Assembly: GCA_002269645.1 (NCBI GenBank)
Contig: NIVC01000749.1
Span: forward strand, 124,001 to 188,000
Source: Macrostomum lignano
Lineage: Eukaryota
Reading direction: 5' to 3'
Length of the DNA: 64,000 nt
Of this stretch, positions 37,077 to 49,000 are shown piece by piece. The notes under the pieces were generated by a model, which made no database searches, was not told the origin of the DNA, and worked only from the letters and a program-made list of their open reading frames with translations. A program made the position numbers and the translations under genes. Each line of letters starts with the position of its first letter. Position 1 is the first letter of the stretch.

Positions 37077-40000
37077 CCTCTCTCTCTCTCCCTCTCTCTC
37101 TCTCTTCCCTCTCTTCCTCTCTCTCTCCTCTCTCTCTCTCCTCTCTCTCTCTCTCCCTCTCTCTCTCCCTCTCTCTCTCTCTCTTCCCTCTCTTCCTCTC
37201 TCTCCTCTCTCTCTCTCCTCTCTCTCTCCTCTCTCGCTCGCTAGCCTTTAACTGTTAAACTCTAGCTAGTTTTTGTTGGTAAAATCCAGGATCATCACGG
37301 TTTCGGAGGCGCACGCCTCCAGCGAGCGAGTCCGGGTTGCCTGGCAACGCGTCCGAGCTGCTGCCAGCAGCCTCACGGAGCGCAACAGGCAGCTGGGCCT
37401 CGGCACAGCCGGGGTGACCGCCTATTTCTCCGACAACTGCGACGAGTCTGACGCGAAACTGGCGCAAGCATTTCTGGACAGCCGGCAGATCAGCGCCTAC
37501 AACACGAGACTGTTTAAGTCTGCGGACGGCGGCTCTTATCGGATTGTGCAGGTGCGAAATTTAGATAAATTAGAGGCTGTTCAAGTCTGCGGACGGCGGC
37601 TCTTATCGGATTGTGCAGGTGTGAAATTTAGATTAATTAGAGGCTGTTCAAGTCTGCGGACGGCGGCTCTTATCGGATTGTGCAGGTGTGAAATTTAGAT
37701 TAATTAGAGGCTGTTCAAGTCTGCGGACGGCGGCTCTTATCGGATTGTGCAGGTGTGAAATTTAGATTAATTAGAGGCTGTTCAAGTCTGCGGACGGCGG
37801 CTCTTATCGGATTGTGCAGGTGCGAAATTTAGATTAATTAGAGGCTGTTCAAGTGTGCGGATGGCGGCTCTTATCGGATTGTGCAGGTGCGAAATTTATA
37901 TTAATTAGAGGCTGTTCAAGTGTGCGGATGGCGGCTCTTATCGGATTGTGCAGGTGCGAAATTTAGATTAATTAGAGGCTGTTCAAGTGTGCGGATGGCG
38001 GCTCTTTTCGGATTGTGCAGGTGCGAAATTTAAATAACCCAGTGGGAAAAAAGTTTCCAACTGGCAGTCGCCGATTGGCCGCCCTGGTCGGGTGTCGGTG
38101 TCCGCCAGGCGCAACAAATGGGCGGACGCCCCGACAGACAGGCGACGGCCCTATTAATCAGGCAATGACACGAACTGGACAGATGACCTTGGTCGGACAA
38201 ATGACACTATGCAGATAAAGAAATGACACGAAATGGACAGATGAACTTTGTCGGACAAATGACACTATGCAGATAAAGGAATGACACGAACTGGACAGAT
38301 GACCTTGGTCGGACAAATGATACTATGCAGATAAAGGAATGACACGAAATGGACAGATGGCCTTGGTCGGACAAATGACACTATGCAGATAAAGAAATGA
38401 CACGAAATGGACAGATGACCTTTGTCGGACAAATGACACTATGCAGCTAAAGGAATGACACGAACTGGGCAGATGACCTTGGTCGGACAAATGATACTAT
38501 GAAGATAAAGGAATGACACGAAATGGACAGATGACCTTTGTCGGACAAATGACACTATGCAGATAAAGGAATGACACGAAATGGACAGATGACCTTTGTC
38601 GGACAAATGACACTATGCAGCTAAAGGAATGACACGAACTGGGCAGATGACCTTGGTCGGACAAATGACACTATGCAGATAAAGGAATGACACGAACTGG
38701 GCAGATGACCTTGGTCGGACAAATGATACTATGCAGATAAAGGAATGACACGAACTGGGCAGATGACCTTGGTCGGACAAATGACACTATGCAGATAAAG
38801 GAATGACACGAACTGGGCAGATGACCTTGGTCGGACAAATGATACTATGCAGATAAAGGAATGACACGAACTGGGCAGATGACCTTGGTCGGACAAATGA
38901 CACTATGCAGATAAAGGAATGACACGAACTGGGCAGATGACCTTGGTCGGACAAATGATACTATGCAGATAAAGGAATGACACGAACTGGACAGATGACC
39001 TTGGTCGGACAAATGACACTATGCAGATAAAGGAATGACACGAACTGGGCAGATGACCTTGGTCGGACAAATGACACTATGCAGATAAAGGAATGACACG
39101 AACTGGGCAGATGACCTTTGTCGGACAAATGATACTATGCAGATAAAGGAATGACACGAACTGGGCAGATGACCTTGGTCGGACAAATGACACTATGAAG
39201 ATAAAGGAATGACACGAACTGGGCAGATGACCTTGGTCGGACAAATGACACTATGCAGATAAAGGAATGACACGAACTGGACAGATGACCTTTGTCGGAC
39301 AAATGATACTATGCAGATAAAGGAATGACACAAACTGGACAGATGACCTTTGTCGGACAAATGACACTATGCAGCTAAAGGAATGACACGAACTGGGCAG
39401 ATGACCTTGGTCGGACAAATGACACTATGCAGATAAAGGAATGACACGAACTGGGCAGATGACCTTTGTCGGACAAATGATACTATGCAGATAAAGGAAT
39501 GACACGAACTGGGCAGATGACCTTGGTCGGACAAATGACACTATGCAGATAAAGGAATGACACGAACTGGGCAGATGACCTTGGTCGGACAAATGATACT
39601 ATTCAGATAAAGGAATGACACGAACTGGGCAGATGACCTTGGTCGGACAAATGACACTATGCAGATAAAGGAATGACACGAACTGGGCAGATGACCTTGG
39701 TCGGACAAATGACACTATGCAGATAAAGGAATGACACGAACTGGGCAGATGACCTTGGTCGGACAAATGACACTATGCAGATAAAGGAATGACACAAACT
39801 GGGCAGATGACCTTGGTCGGACAAATGACACTATGAAGATAAAGGAATGACACGAAATGGACAGATGACCTTTGTCGGACAAATGATACTATGCAGATAA
39901 AGGAATGACACGAACTGGACAGATGACCTTTGTCGGACAAATGATACTATGCAGATAAAGGAATGACACGAACTGGACAGATGACCTTGGTCGGACAAAT

Positions 40001-43000
40001 GACACTATGCAGATAAAGGAATGACACGAACTGGACAGATGACCTTGGTCGGACAAATGATACTATGCAGATAAAGGAATGACACGAACTGGGCAGATGA
40101 CCTTGGTCGGACAAATGACACTATGAAGATAAAGGAATGACACGAACTGGACAGATGACCTTGGTCGGACAAATGACACTATGCAGATAAAGGAATGACA
40201 CGAACTGGACAGATGACCTTGGTCGGACAAATGACACTATGAAGATAAAGGAATGACACGAACTGGGCAGATGACCTTGGTCGGACAAATGATACTATGA
40301 AGATAAAGGAATGACACGAAATGGACAGATGACCTTTGTCGGACAAATGACACTATGCAGATAAAGGAATGACACGAAATGGACAGATGACCTTTGTCGG
40401 ACAAATGACACTATGCAGCTAAAGGAATGACACGAACTGGGCAGATGACCTTGGTCGGACAAATGACACTATGCAGATAAAGGAATGACACGAACTGGGC
40501 AGATGACCTTGGTCGGACAAATGACACTATGAAGATAAAGGAATGACACGAACTGGGCAGATGACCTTGGTCGGACAAATGACACTATGCAGATAAAGGA
40601 ATGACACGAACTGGACAGATGACCTTTGTCGGACAAATGATACTATGCAGATAAAGGAATGACACGAACTGGACAGATGACCTGAACTGGACAAATGACA
40701 CTATGCAGCTAAAGGAATGACACAAACTGGGCAGATGACCTTGGTCGGACAAATGACACTATGCAGATAAAGGAATGACACGAACTGGGCAGATGACCTT
40801 TGTCGGACAAATGATACTATGCAGATAAAGGAATGACACGAACTGGGCAGATGACCTTGGTCGGACAAATGACACTATGCAGATAAAGGAATGACACGAA
40901 CTGGGCAGATGACCTTGGTCGGACAAATGACACTATGCAGATAAAGGAATGACACGAACTGGGCAGATGACCTTGGTCGGACAAATGACACTATGCAGAT
41001 AAAGGAATGACACAAACTGGGCAGATGACCTTGGTCGGACAAATGACACTATGCAGATAAAGGAATGACACGAACTGGGCAGATGACCTTGGTCGGACAA
41101 ATGACACTATGCAGATAAAGGAATGACACAAACTGGGCAGATGACCTTGGTCGGACAAATGACACTATGAAGATAAAGGAATGACACGAAATGGACAGAT
41201 GACCTTGGTCGGACAAATGATACTATGCAGATAAAGGAATGACACGAACTGGACAGATGACCTTTGTCGGACAAATGATACTATGCAGATAAAGGAATGA
41301 CACGAACTGGACAGATGACCTTGGTCGGACAAATGACACTATGCAGATAAAGGAATGACACGAACTGGACAGATGACCTTGGTCGGACAAATGATACTAT
41401 GCAGATAAAGGAATGACACGAACTGGACAGATGACCTTGGTCGGACAAATGACACTATGCAGATAAAGGAATGACACGAACTGGGCAGATGACCTTGGTC
41501 GGACAAATGACACTATGAAGATAAAGGAATGACACGAACTGGGCAGATGACCTTGGTCGGACAAATGACACTATGCAGATAAAGGAATGACACGAACTGG
41601 ACAGATGACCTTGGTCGGACAAATGACACTATGAAGATAAAGGAATGACACGAACTGGACAGATGACCTTTGTCGGACAAATGATACTATGCAGATAAAG
41701 GAATGACACGAACTGGACAGATGACCTTTGTCGGACAAATGACACTATGAAGATAAAGGAATGACACGAACTGGACAGATGACCTTTGTTGGACAAATGA
41801 TACTATGCAGATAAAGGAATGACACGAACTGGACAGATGACCTTGGTCGGACAAATGACATTATGAAGATAAAGGAATGACACGAACTGGACAGATGACC
41901 TTGGTCGGACAAATGATACTATGCAGATAAAGGAATGACACGAACTGGACAGATGACCTTGGTCGGACAAATGACACTATACAGATAAAGGAATGACACG
42001 AAATGGACAGATGACCCTCTGGTTTGACAAATGACACTATGCAGATAAAGGACTGACACGAACTTCACAGATGACCCTCTGGTCGGACAAATGACACTAT
42101 GCAGATGAAGGAATGACACGAACTGGACAGATGACCTTTGTCGGACAAATGACACTATGCAGATAAAGGAATGACACGAACTGGACAGATGACCTTTGTC
42201 GGACATATGACACTATGCAGATAAAGGAATGGGGTGCTTTCACAAGGTCGAAATTTCACAACATCGAAAACTCAAGTGCAGCCACTTTCACAAGGTCAAA
42301 ACTTCATAAGCTCGAAATTTCACAAACTCAAAAATTTTATATATCAAGAACCATACAGTAGTTTTCTACGTTGTGAAATTTCGACCTTATGAAATTTCGA
42401 CCTTATAAAGTCTCTTGCTAAAACTTTTGATGTTATGAAATTTCGACCTTGTGAAGTTTCGACCTTGTGAAAGCGGCTGCTATTTGAGTTTTCGATGTTA
42501 TGAAATTTCGACCTTGTGAAATTTCGACCTTGTGAAAGAAGGTGCTTTCGACGTTGTGAAATTTCGAGTTTGTGAAACCCCCCCCAAAGGAATGATACGA
42601 ACTGGACAGATGACCCTCTGGTCGGACAAATGTGCTAGTCTAGTGCAAGTGGTAGTCGAAAAAGTTATATAATAAAAATATAAGTTTCAGTTCGATATAC
42701 ATGTAGTGGATAAATGACCCGAAATGCTGTAGGTATACAAGTATAAAGTTGAAATGAAAACTAAAAAACAATATTAAAATTTATAAAATTTGATATTAAA
42801 CAATTTATTTTACGACTATATATTTTGTTTTATTACACAACAATTTAAAACACCATTATTTGAACCATACACCAGTATGTTACAAATCAAAATTTTAAAA
42901 GCAATTAACTAATACTGTACAAATAATGAAATAGTAAAAAAAGAAAGTACAATAAAAGGATACAAACAAAATGACAGCACAAAATCACAGCAAAAGCATA

Positions 43001-46000
43001 CAAAGCAAAACTTTTTACAATTAGCATTAAAATATAGCATAAAAAATATAGCATAGGTTGAAGTTTGAAAAAAATTAAACGCATTCAGTTGGTAATGGAG
43101 AGTAGAAAAAGCACAACGCAAACACAAAAACATACAATAGAAAATTGAGCATACAAGCAAAAACTTACAACTTAGGATATAGGAAAACATGATTAAAAAT
43201 GTTAACATTGGTATTTACATGTACATACACCGATGACAATGACAGCTTCACAATTTTTTTCAAGACGTTCATGCTTTTTTGGAATCTCCGAAGCTGAAAT
43301 TACATGTTTAAGTGCAATTTTGAAGGATTTGCTTTCGCCCTTGAGATCGGCTTGCTTATCAAACTGGCGCCAGTTGAATATCCAACCACGCGTTGGCGGC
43401 TTGCCAAAAAATTGCAAGTGCAGGCCGCCTCGACAAGGTTTTTCTCCTTAAGGATGGTCGGCATACCATGGCTGGCCACCAGCTTTCTTTTCCGTTCGGC
43501 CAATAGGCACAAACTAAGTCGCCCTGCTCGTTCTTCTTTCCGACCGGATTCTCGCTGCCACCGCCAGAGGCTTTTGCGTCGCTAAGCGGCCGGCGGCGCT
43601 TTGTCTCAGCCGATGTCTCGTTGCCAGAGGCTGTGGCGTCGCTAAGCGGCCGGCGGCGCTTTGTCTCAGCCGATGTCTCGTTGCCAGAGGCTTTTGCGTC
43701 GCTAAGCGGCCGGCGGCGCTTGGCCTCAGCCGATGTCTCGTTGCCAGAGGCTTTTGCGTCGCTAAGCGGCCGGCGGCGCTTGGCCTCAGCCGATGTCTCG
43801 TTGCCAGAGGCTGTGCCGTTGCTAAGCGGCCGGCGGCGCTTGGCCTCAGCCGATGTCTCGTTGCCAGAGGCTGTGGCGTTGCTAAGCGGCCGGCGGCGCT
43901 TGGCCTCAGCCGATGTCTCGTTGCCAGAGGCTGTGGCGTTGCTAAGCGGCCGGCGGCGCTTGGCCTCAGCCGGTTTTGCATCTGTGGAACGGCATTGTGG
44001 CACTCCTGCTTGCAGATTGCTGGCAACCTAAATTGGGCAGAAGGTTCGACGGCTTTTATTTACTTTCTAAGATCAAATATAATAATAATGAAATAATTTT
44101 CGTAAAGGCTAGTGAAAAAATACTTTTAATTTCTTAATTCCAATTACCTGGCCAGTCGACGCTTCATTTGCCTTCATGAGAACGTCGCTGCCCGCTCTTC
44201 GGTAGCAGTCCGTGTGCACTTGATATGCATCACGTGCCACTTTTGGAGTATGGTAGTCAGTCAGCCACCAGCTGTTTATCTTCTCCAGCCAGGAGAGCCT
44301 GGAAAAATGATATGAATAAAAGTTAATAAACAAATTAACAATCGAAATTTATAATTTCTGACATTAAGGATAAATATTAAAGACATTATTTGTTAGTGTA
44401 AATAATTATATAACTAAATATACATACAAGAATTATCCATAAATACCCCTCGCTTGTCGATTGCAAATTAGCTAGGTCACAATACTAAGAAGGGAAGAAA
44501 TCGCTGACTCGCAGTGATAAGAATTAAGAGGCACACAAAAGAATTGTTTATAAAATTTAAGGAACAGCAATACTCACTTTCGTTTCAATGAACACACGAA
44601 AGCTTGTGCATGTTACATTGTGCAATAACTCGCTGAACCGAGTCCTGTGTTCTCGGAACATTCCTTCGAAGCTGCCATACTTGAATTTAATGAACGGACT
44701 TGCAGCGTCCTCGGCAGTTGGGTTTTGGCTTTCGCCTCGTTGAAGCAGGCGTAGGAGCAGGCTGCGGCACTCATGATCATTTAGTTTCGCAGCGCCAAAG
44801 TACTGCATCGTCTTGTGCTTGGCCACCTGAATTAAATTAGAAAATATTGCACAGCTTTAGAGAAATCGTAAAAAATTTAACCATTTTTGGCTTGACAAAA
44901 TTGTCCCTAACCAAGTAGATTTTTTTATAATGCTTACCATTCTCTGATCTAAACATAAGCACACTTTATATATACTGCTATATACACTCTATACTGCTGA
45001 GTTTGTAGTGCATGACAATACAAGTTCATTTGAAAGTGACCCTTCTGGAAATTGTGAGTGTCCTAATTTTATGCTGGTGGATTAATGGAACATGTAATGT
45101 AAGATATTGTGTGCTTCTAGTACTTCTAGTATACCTTTTGGCAATTTAATTCTTTCAAACTGCGACATACTTTATCTACGAAAACGAGAGCTTAATTCAG
45201 AATATGCCATAGACAGTAGCGTTTGCGCTGTTTCATCCCAGTTTGCAAAACTTTTCGTTCTCAGTCTAATTTATTTAATAACGACTTTAAACTTATCTTA
45301 GACTTTAATAGTATCAGTATTAGAAGATTAATTAACTATCTATGTTAGTCTAGGGGACGAAATGTTTTGTAGTTGTGACGAATTCAATTGCAAAAAGGAA
45401 CAGTTTAAAGCCACTTTTACTCTAGGCATTACTTAGTGCATAGTAAAAGAATTCGTAGGAGGCTCACCTAAAGTTCATTCTCAGGATGCTCGGCCCATTG
45501 CCGCACCTCCAGCAATGTAAAAATTGCAGGCTACGTCCTGTCAATTAGCATTTCCCTCGCCGAAACAAATAACCATTCCGACAGCAAGCATCTCCTTGTC
45601 GCTGATGCCTTTTGCCTGATCTTCTTCGGCTTCAGCTTCGGCCAGCAGTTGCCTCTTAAAAGCCATGAGCGCCGATACCTGCTCATCGCTTATAAGGCGC
45701 GCATGCTTTTTGTCCTGCAATTTTTAAGGCCTTTGTTAAGACTGTGTTTTTTTGAGAGTTAGAGTTAGGGAATAATAGGGAATAAAATTTTATTCAAGGC
45801 ATTGACACTTTTTGTGCATCTTAAAATATCGAAAAAATAAGAAATTAAGAATTTTTAGATAGTGCAAGAATGGGACACAAACACATCAGGAAATATTTGT
45901 CCCTTGACTTTGTCAAATGGCATATGAAAAACAGAGAAAAAAACACAAAAATAATTCCTAATTAGTAACAAAAATGGGCTTCATTGACAGTTATGGCACA

Positions 46001-49000
46001 GTTATGGCACAATTATATTCGAATAAGTATGTAACAATTGTCTTTTGTTCTGTCTGGCATAGTAATATGCTGATTAGCATAATTATAGACTCACATCAAT
46101 AGCATCGCAACTCGGCAACCTGCCGCTGGAAAAGCCGGAGAGGGCGCAAACATGGCTGACTGCCTTCCAAGCGTTGGCCAGAGCGAAAGGATGGACTGAC
46201 ACTGCAGAAAAGAAATGCATCGCCGACAATTTCCTAGCTTATTGCTGTCTGACTGCACTTGAAAAATTGCAAGATCTTGCGTCTCCACGAGATCTTGTGT
46301 CTCGGTCGGTAGCCGACCTGTCGTTTGCGGACATTGAGAAAACACTCCTGGACTACCTACGACCCAGAGAGAAGCTGACTGTGGCGGAGCGGGCGCGGTT
46401 CTTCAACGTTCGTCAAGCGCCTAGCGAGTCCATTGGCGACTTTGTGAGCCGGCTTCGGCTTTGCAATCGATTGCAAATTCGACTCTACGCTCGAGCCAAA
46501 GCCCATCGGAAGAGTTGATTCGAATGGCGCTGATCGCTGGACTTCGAGACAGTCGGGAGCAGCAACGCGTGCTAGAGGCCATGCAGTTACAGGAGGGCTA
46601 TGAAACCGATGCTCCAGTTCCGAACGTCGACCAAGATCCGGGTACCCCTGCTACGGGACAGGAGGGTCCAAGCCCTTTGTTCCGTGAAGGGGACATGTTG
46701 TGCATTAGAGCTCAGTCTATAGCATTATTGTTTTTGTTCTGTTACTGTTTAGTTAGTCTATGGAATTACACTATTTCTTCGCAGAGCTTCCCCTCTCGGT
46801 TTCACCCCTTCTTCCCCTCAAGACCCCGTCTAGAGCTACGCGCTCAAGATTTATGATTCAACCGTCAAATACAAACAATAACTATGCACCGCTTATTATC
46901 TTAATCTTGACTCACATCATGTCATAACTGCCAACTATGCCAAAAGGACAGTTGAGGAAAATAATATGCCAATTGGCATACTCGTAGTTTGCAGAATTTT
47001 AGATTTTGCTAGGACAATTATTTTCTGCCAAGGTAGCACAAACAGCTCCTCATTAAGTTATAACTGAAGCTAAGCATTATGAAAATAGTTAAAATAATGT
47101 TGATAACAATTGATAATAATTATCAATAAATAAAGCTGATAATATTATTAAATAAAAGCAGTATCACTACCAGTAAGTCTTAGAAACTATAGACTACAGC
47201 TCTAAAACCCCATTTCTAAATGATTTTGTGGTTACCTCCAAAAGCCTACCTGCTTACCTGCTTTGCTCGTCCTTCGCCTTTATAAAAGCCGTCAGAGCAT
47301 GGTTCACTTTTAAAGCCTCGCCATCATGCTCTTTCAGAAAGATTTCGTACACAAGGCGATGGCACACTTTAACGTGCTGCGCAAATCTCGACCTGCGCAC
47401 AACGCACCCTGTACGGAAAGGGCACTTGTAGTCATGGCCAGCTCTTACAGACTCTTTCAGTGCAGCTTTCGCTCGCCGGATTGGCTGGCTGTCGGTCTTT
47501 CCGGTTTGCATGGGTGCCAAAGTTGGCGATGTAGCTGGCCGCGCTATTGTTGTTGGCCGCGCCGTAGCTGCCGCCGCTGCTGGCGCCGTAACTGCCGCCG
47601 TAGCTGGCGCCGTAGCTGGCGCCGTAGCTGGCGCCGTAGCTGCCGCCTTAGCTGGCGCCGGAACTGGCGCCGTAGCTGCCGCCGTAGCTTAGAAATTTAG
47701 ATAAATTAGAGGCTGTTCAAGTGTGCAGACAGTGGCCCTTATCGGATTATGCAGGTGCGAAACTTAGATAAATTAGAGACCTTAAAGTTGTGCGGACACC
47801 GGCTCTCCAGTTAGGACGCAACTCCGACTTTCATATTTTCACTGATCGACACAAGAGACGGAATATCGGGTAGTTTAGACAGTAAATGGCAATAAAAAGA
47901 TAAAAATAGTTCAATATTTATCAGCGCTCAATTTTCATCGGTTTTTGTCGGACCGAAAGAGGAAAATCGGTCTAAAAACCAACCACTCATCGACATTTTA
48001 AACAACCGTAATAACTCCCTACTTTGACCCGAAATAACGTGGGCTTTTATCTGTGGAGAAATAGGACGGTGTTGTATAAAGCTCCGATTTTCATCGATTT
48101 AATATAATTTTTTAAGTAAAGGACAGACAGTTCTAGAGGCAATCCCGAGAATTGGCAATGGTGTCATTCCACCATGCACTGCCAGTTGCGCTCTCTGCTC
48201 TCTGCTAACTTGTTTTTGTTACGGTACTCCTGACGCCATTGGCCTGTCTCAAAATTCTAGAAATTATCCGAAAGCGCACCCTTTTCTGATACTCAATGTA
48301 TACTAAAGTATACGAGCGTACTACACTGAAATTTAAACGATTTTCCACTTTTAAAAGCTTCTCACAACACTAAACCATTACCGCTCTTTGCTAAACCGGC
48401 GTCGGTGGCTGCACTAGCGGAACATGTAGCAGCGCTTTGCTTGTGCAGCTTGGCATTGGCATTGGACGGCAAGCGGGCCTTGCGCTTTTGGGCCTGCCAA
48501 ACGGCATCGACACAGGCCGCGTAAACCCGCTGCAGCTCCTTCCGAGCTACTTCGACGCCATTATTGTTTAGATGTGTAACAATGACATCCAGCCTATGGG
48601 CGTCCGCGGGTTGACGCACTGCGTCGCTTTAGCTGCGGCCCGTAAAGGACAAATTAACAAGGTCCTCTTTGGAGAAAAGCGCTCTAATGAAGGTGCGTAG
48701 GTTTCCAAAAACTTTGCAAACAGCGTCGATGTTGGCTGCCGTCTTATACTTGCTTATTACGTCGTTTATATAGTCGTTCGGTCGATTGAACGCACCTGTT
48801 GCTTATTTTCATGAATACGTTTTCATTCATTCATTGTCATAATAATTTATGTATTCATTATTTGAAAAGCAGACAAATTCAATTCGGGTGTTATGAATAA
48901 AATACCGGAGTAAGAAATTCAAACTGAATTTCCGACACCTATTAATGTACGTACGCAATATAATGAACCCCTGCATACCAAAGTGTCCGTCAGAGCGGCT

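Larger units (their letters stand above)
38033..47691 (-). mobile_element. ~9.66-kb composite insertion in the 67-bp array; probable truncated large DNA transposon
   Basis: Array stops at GAAATTTA (38025-32) and resumes at GAAATTTA (47692-99); one end begins AATAACCCAGTGGG, the other cuts through an open Ala/Thr/Pro reading frame; no paired TIR found. Confidence 0.6.
43205..47691 (-). pseudogene. Spliced, 5'-truncated gene: Ala/Thr/Pro repeat, C2H2-like finger, middle exons, 20-aa repeats, PWWP domain (frameshift plus stop)
   Basis: [18 protein letters not shown] (~47400); exon-like blocks at ~45570-45720, 44576-44826 and 44130-44300 with splice-like ends; [20 protein letters not shown], then shifted frame [27 protein letters not shown]. 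Confidence 0.65.

Noticed and set aside
36893-37258. Leu/Ser-rich ORFs
   Set aside because: Translation of the (CT)n tract in DPP3 intron 1.
37510-42230. CRISPR-like arrays
   Set aside because: Head-to-tail tandem repeats without unique spacers, in a eukaryotic intron, with no cas genes.
38165-42230. Hammerhead-like CAGATGA-hairpin-GGAC in the 58-bp unit (as in ribozyme-bearing satellites)
   Set aside because: Invariant core positions are wrong (CAGA not CUGA; GGAC not GAAA); an Infernal search against hammerhead models would settle it.
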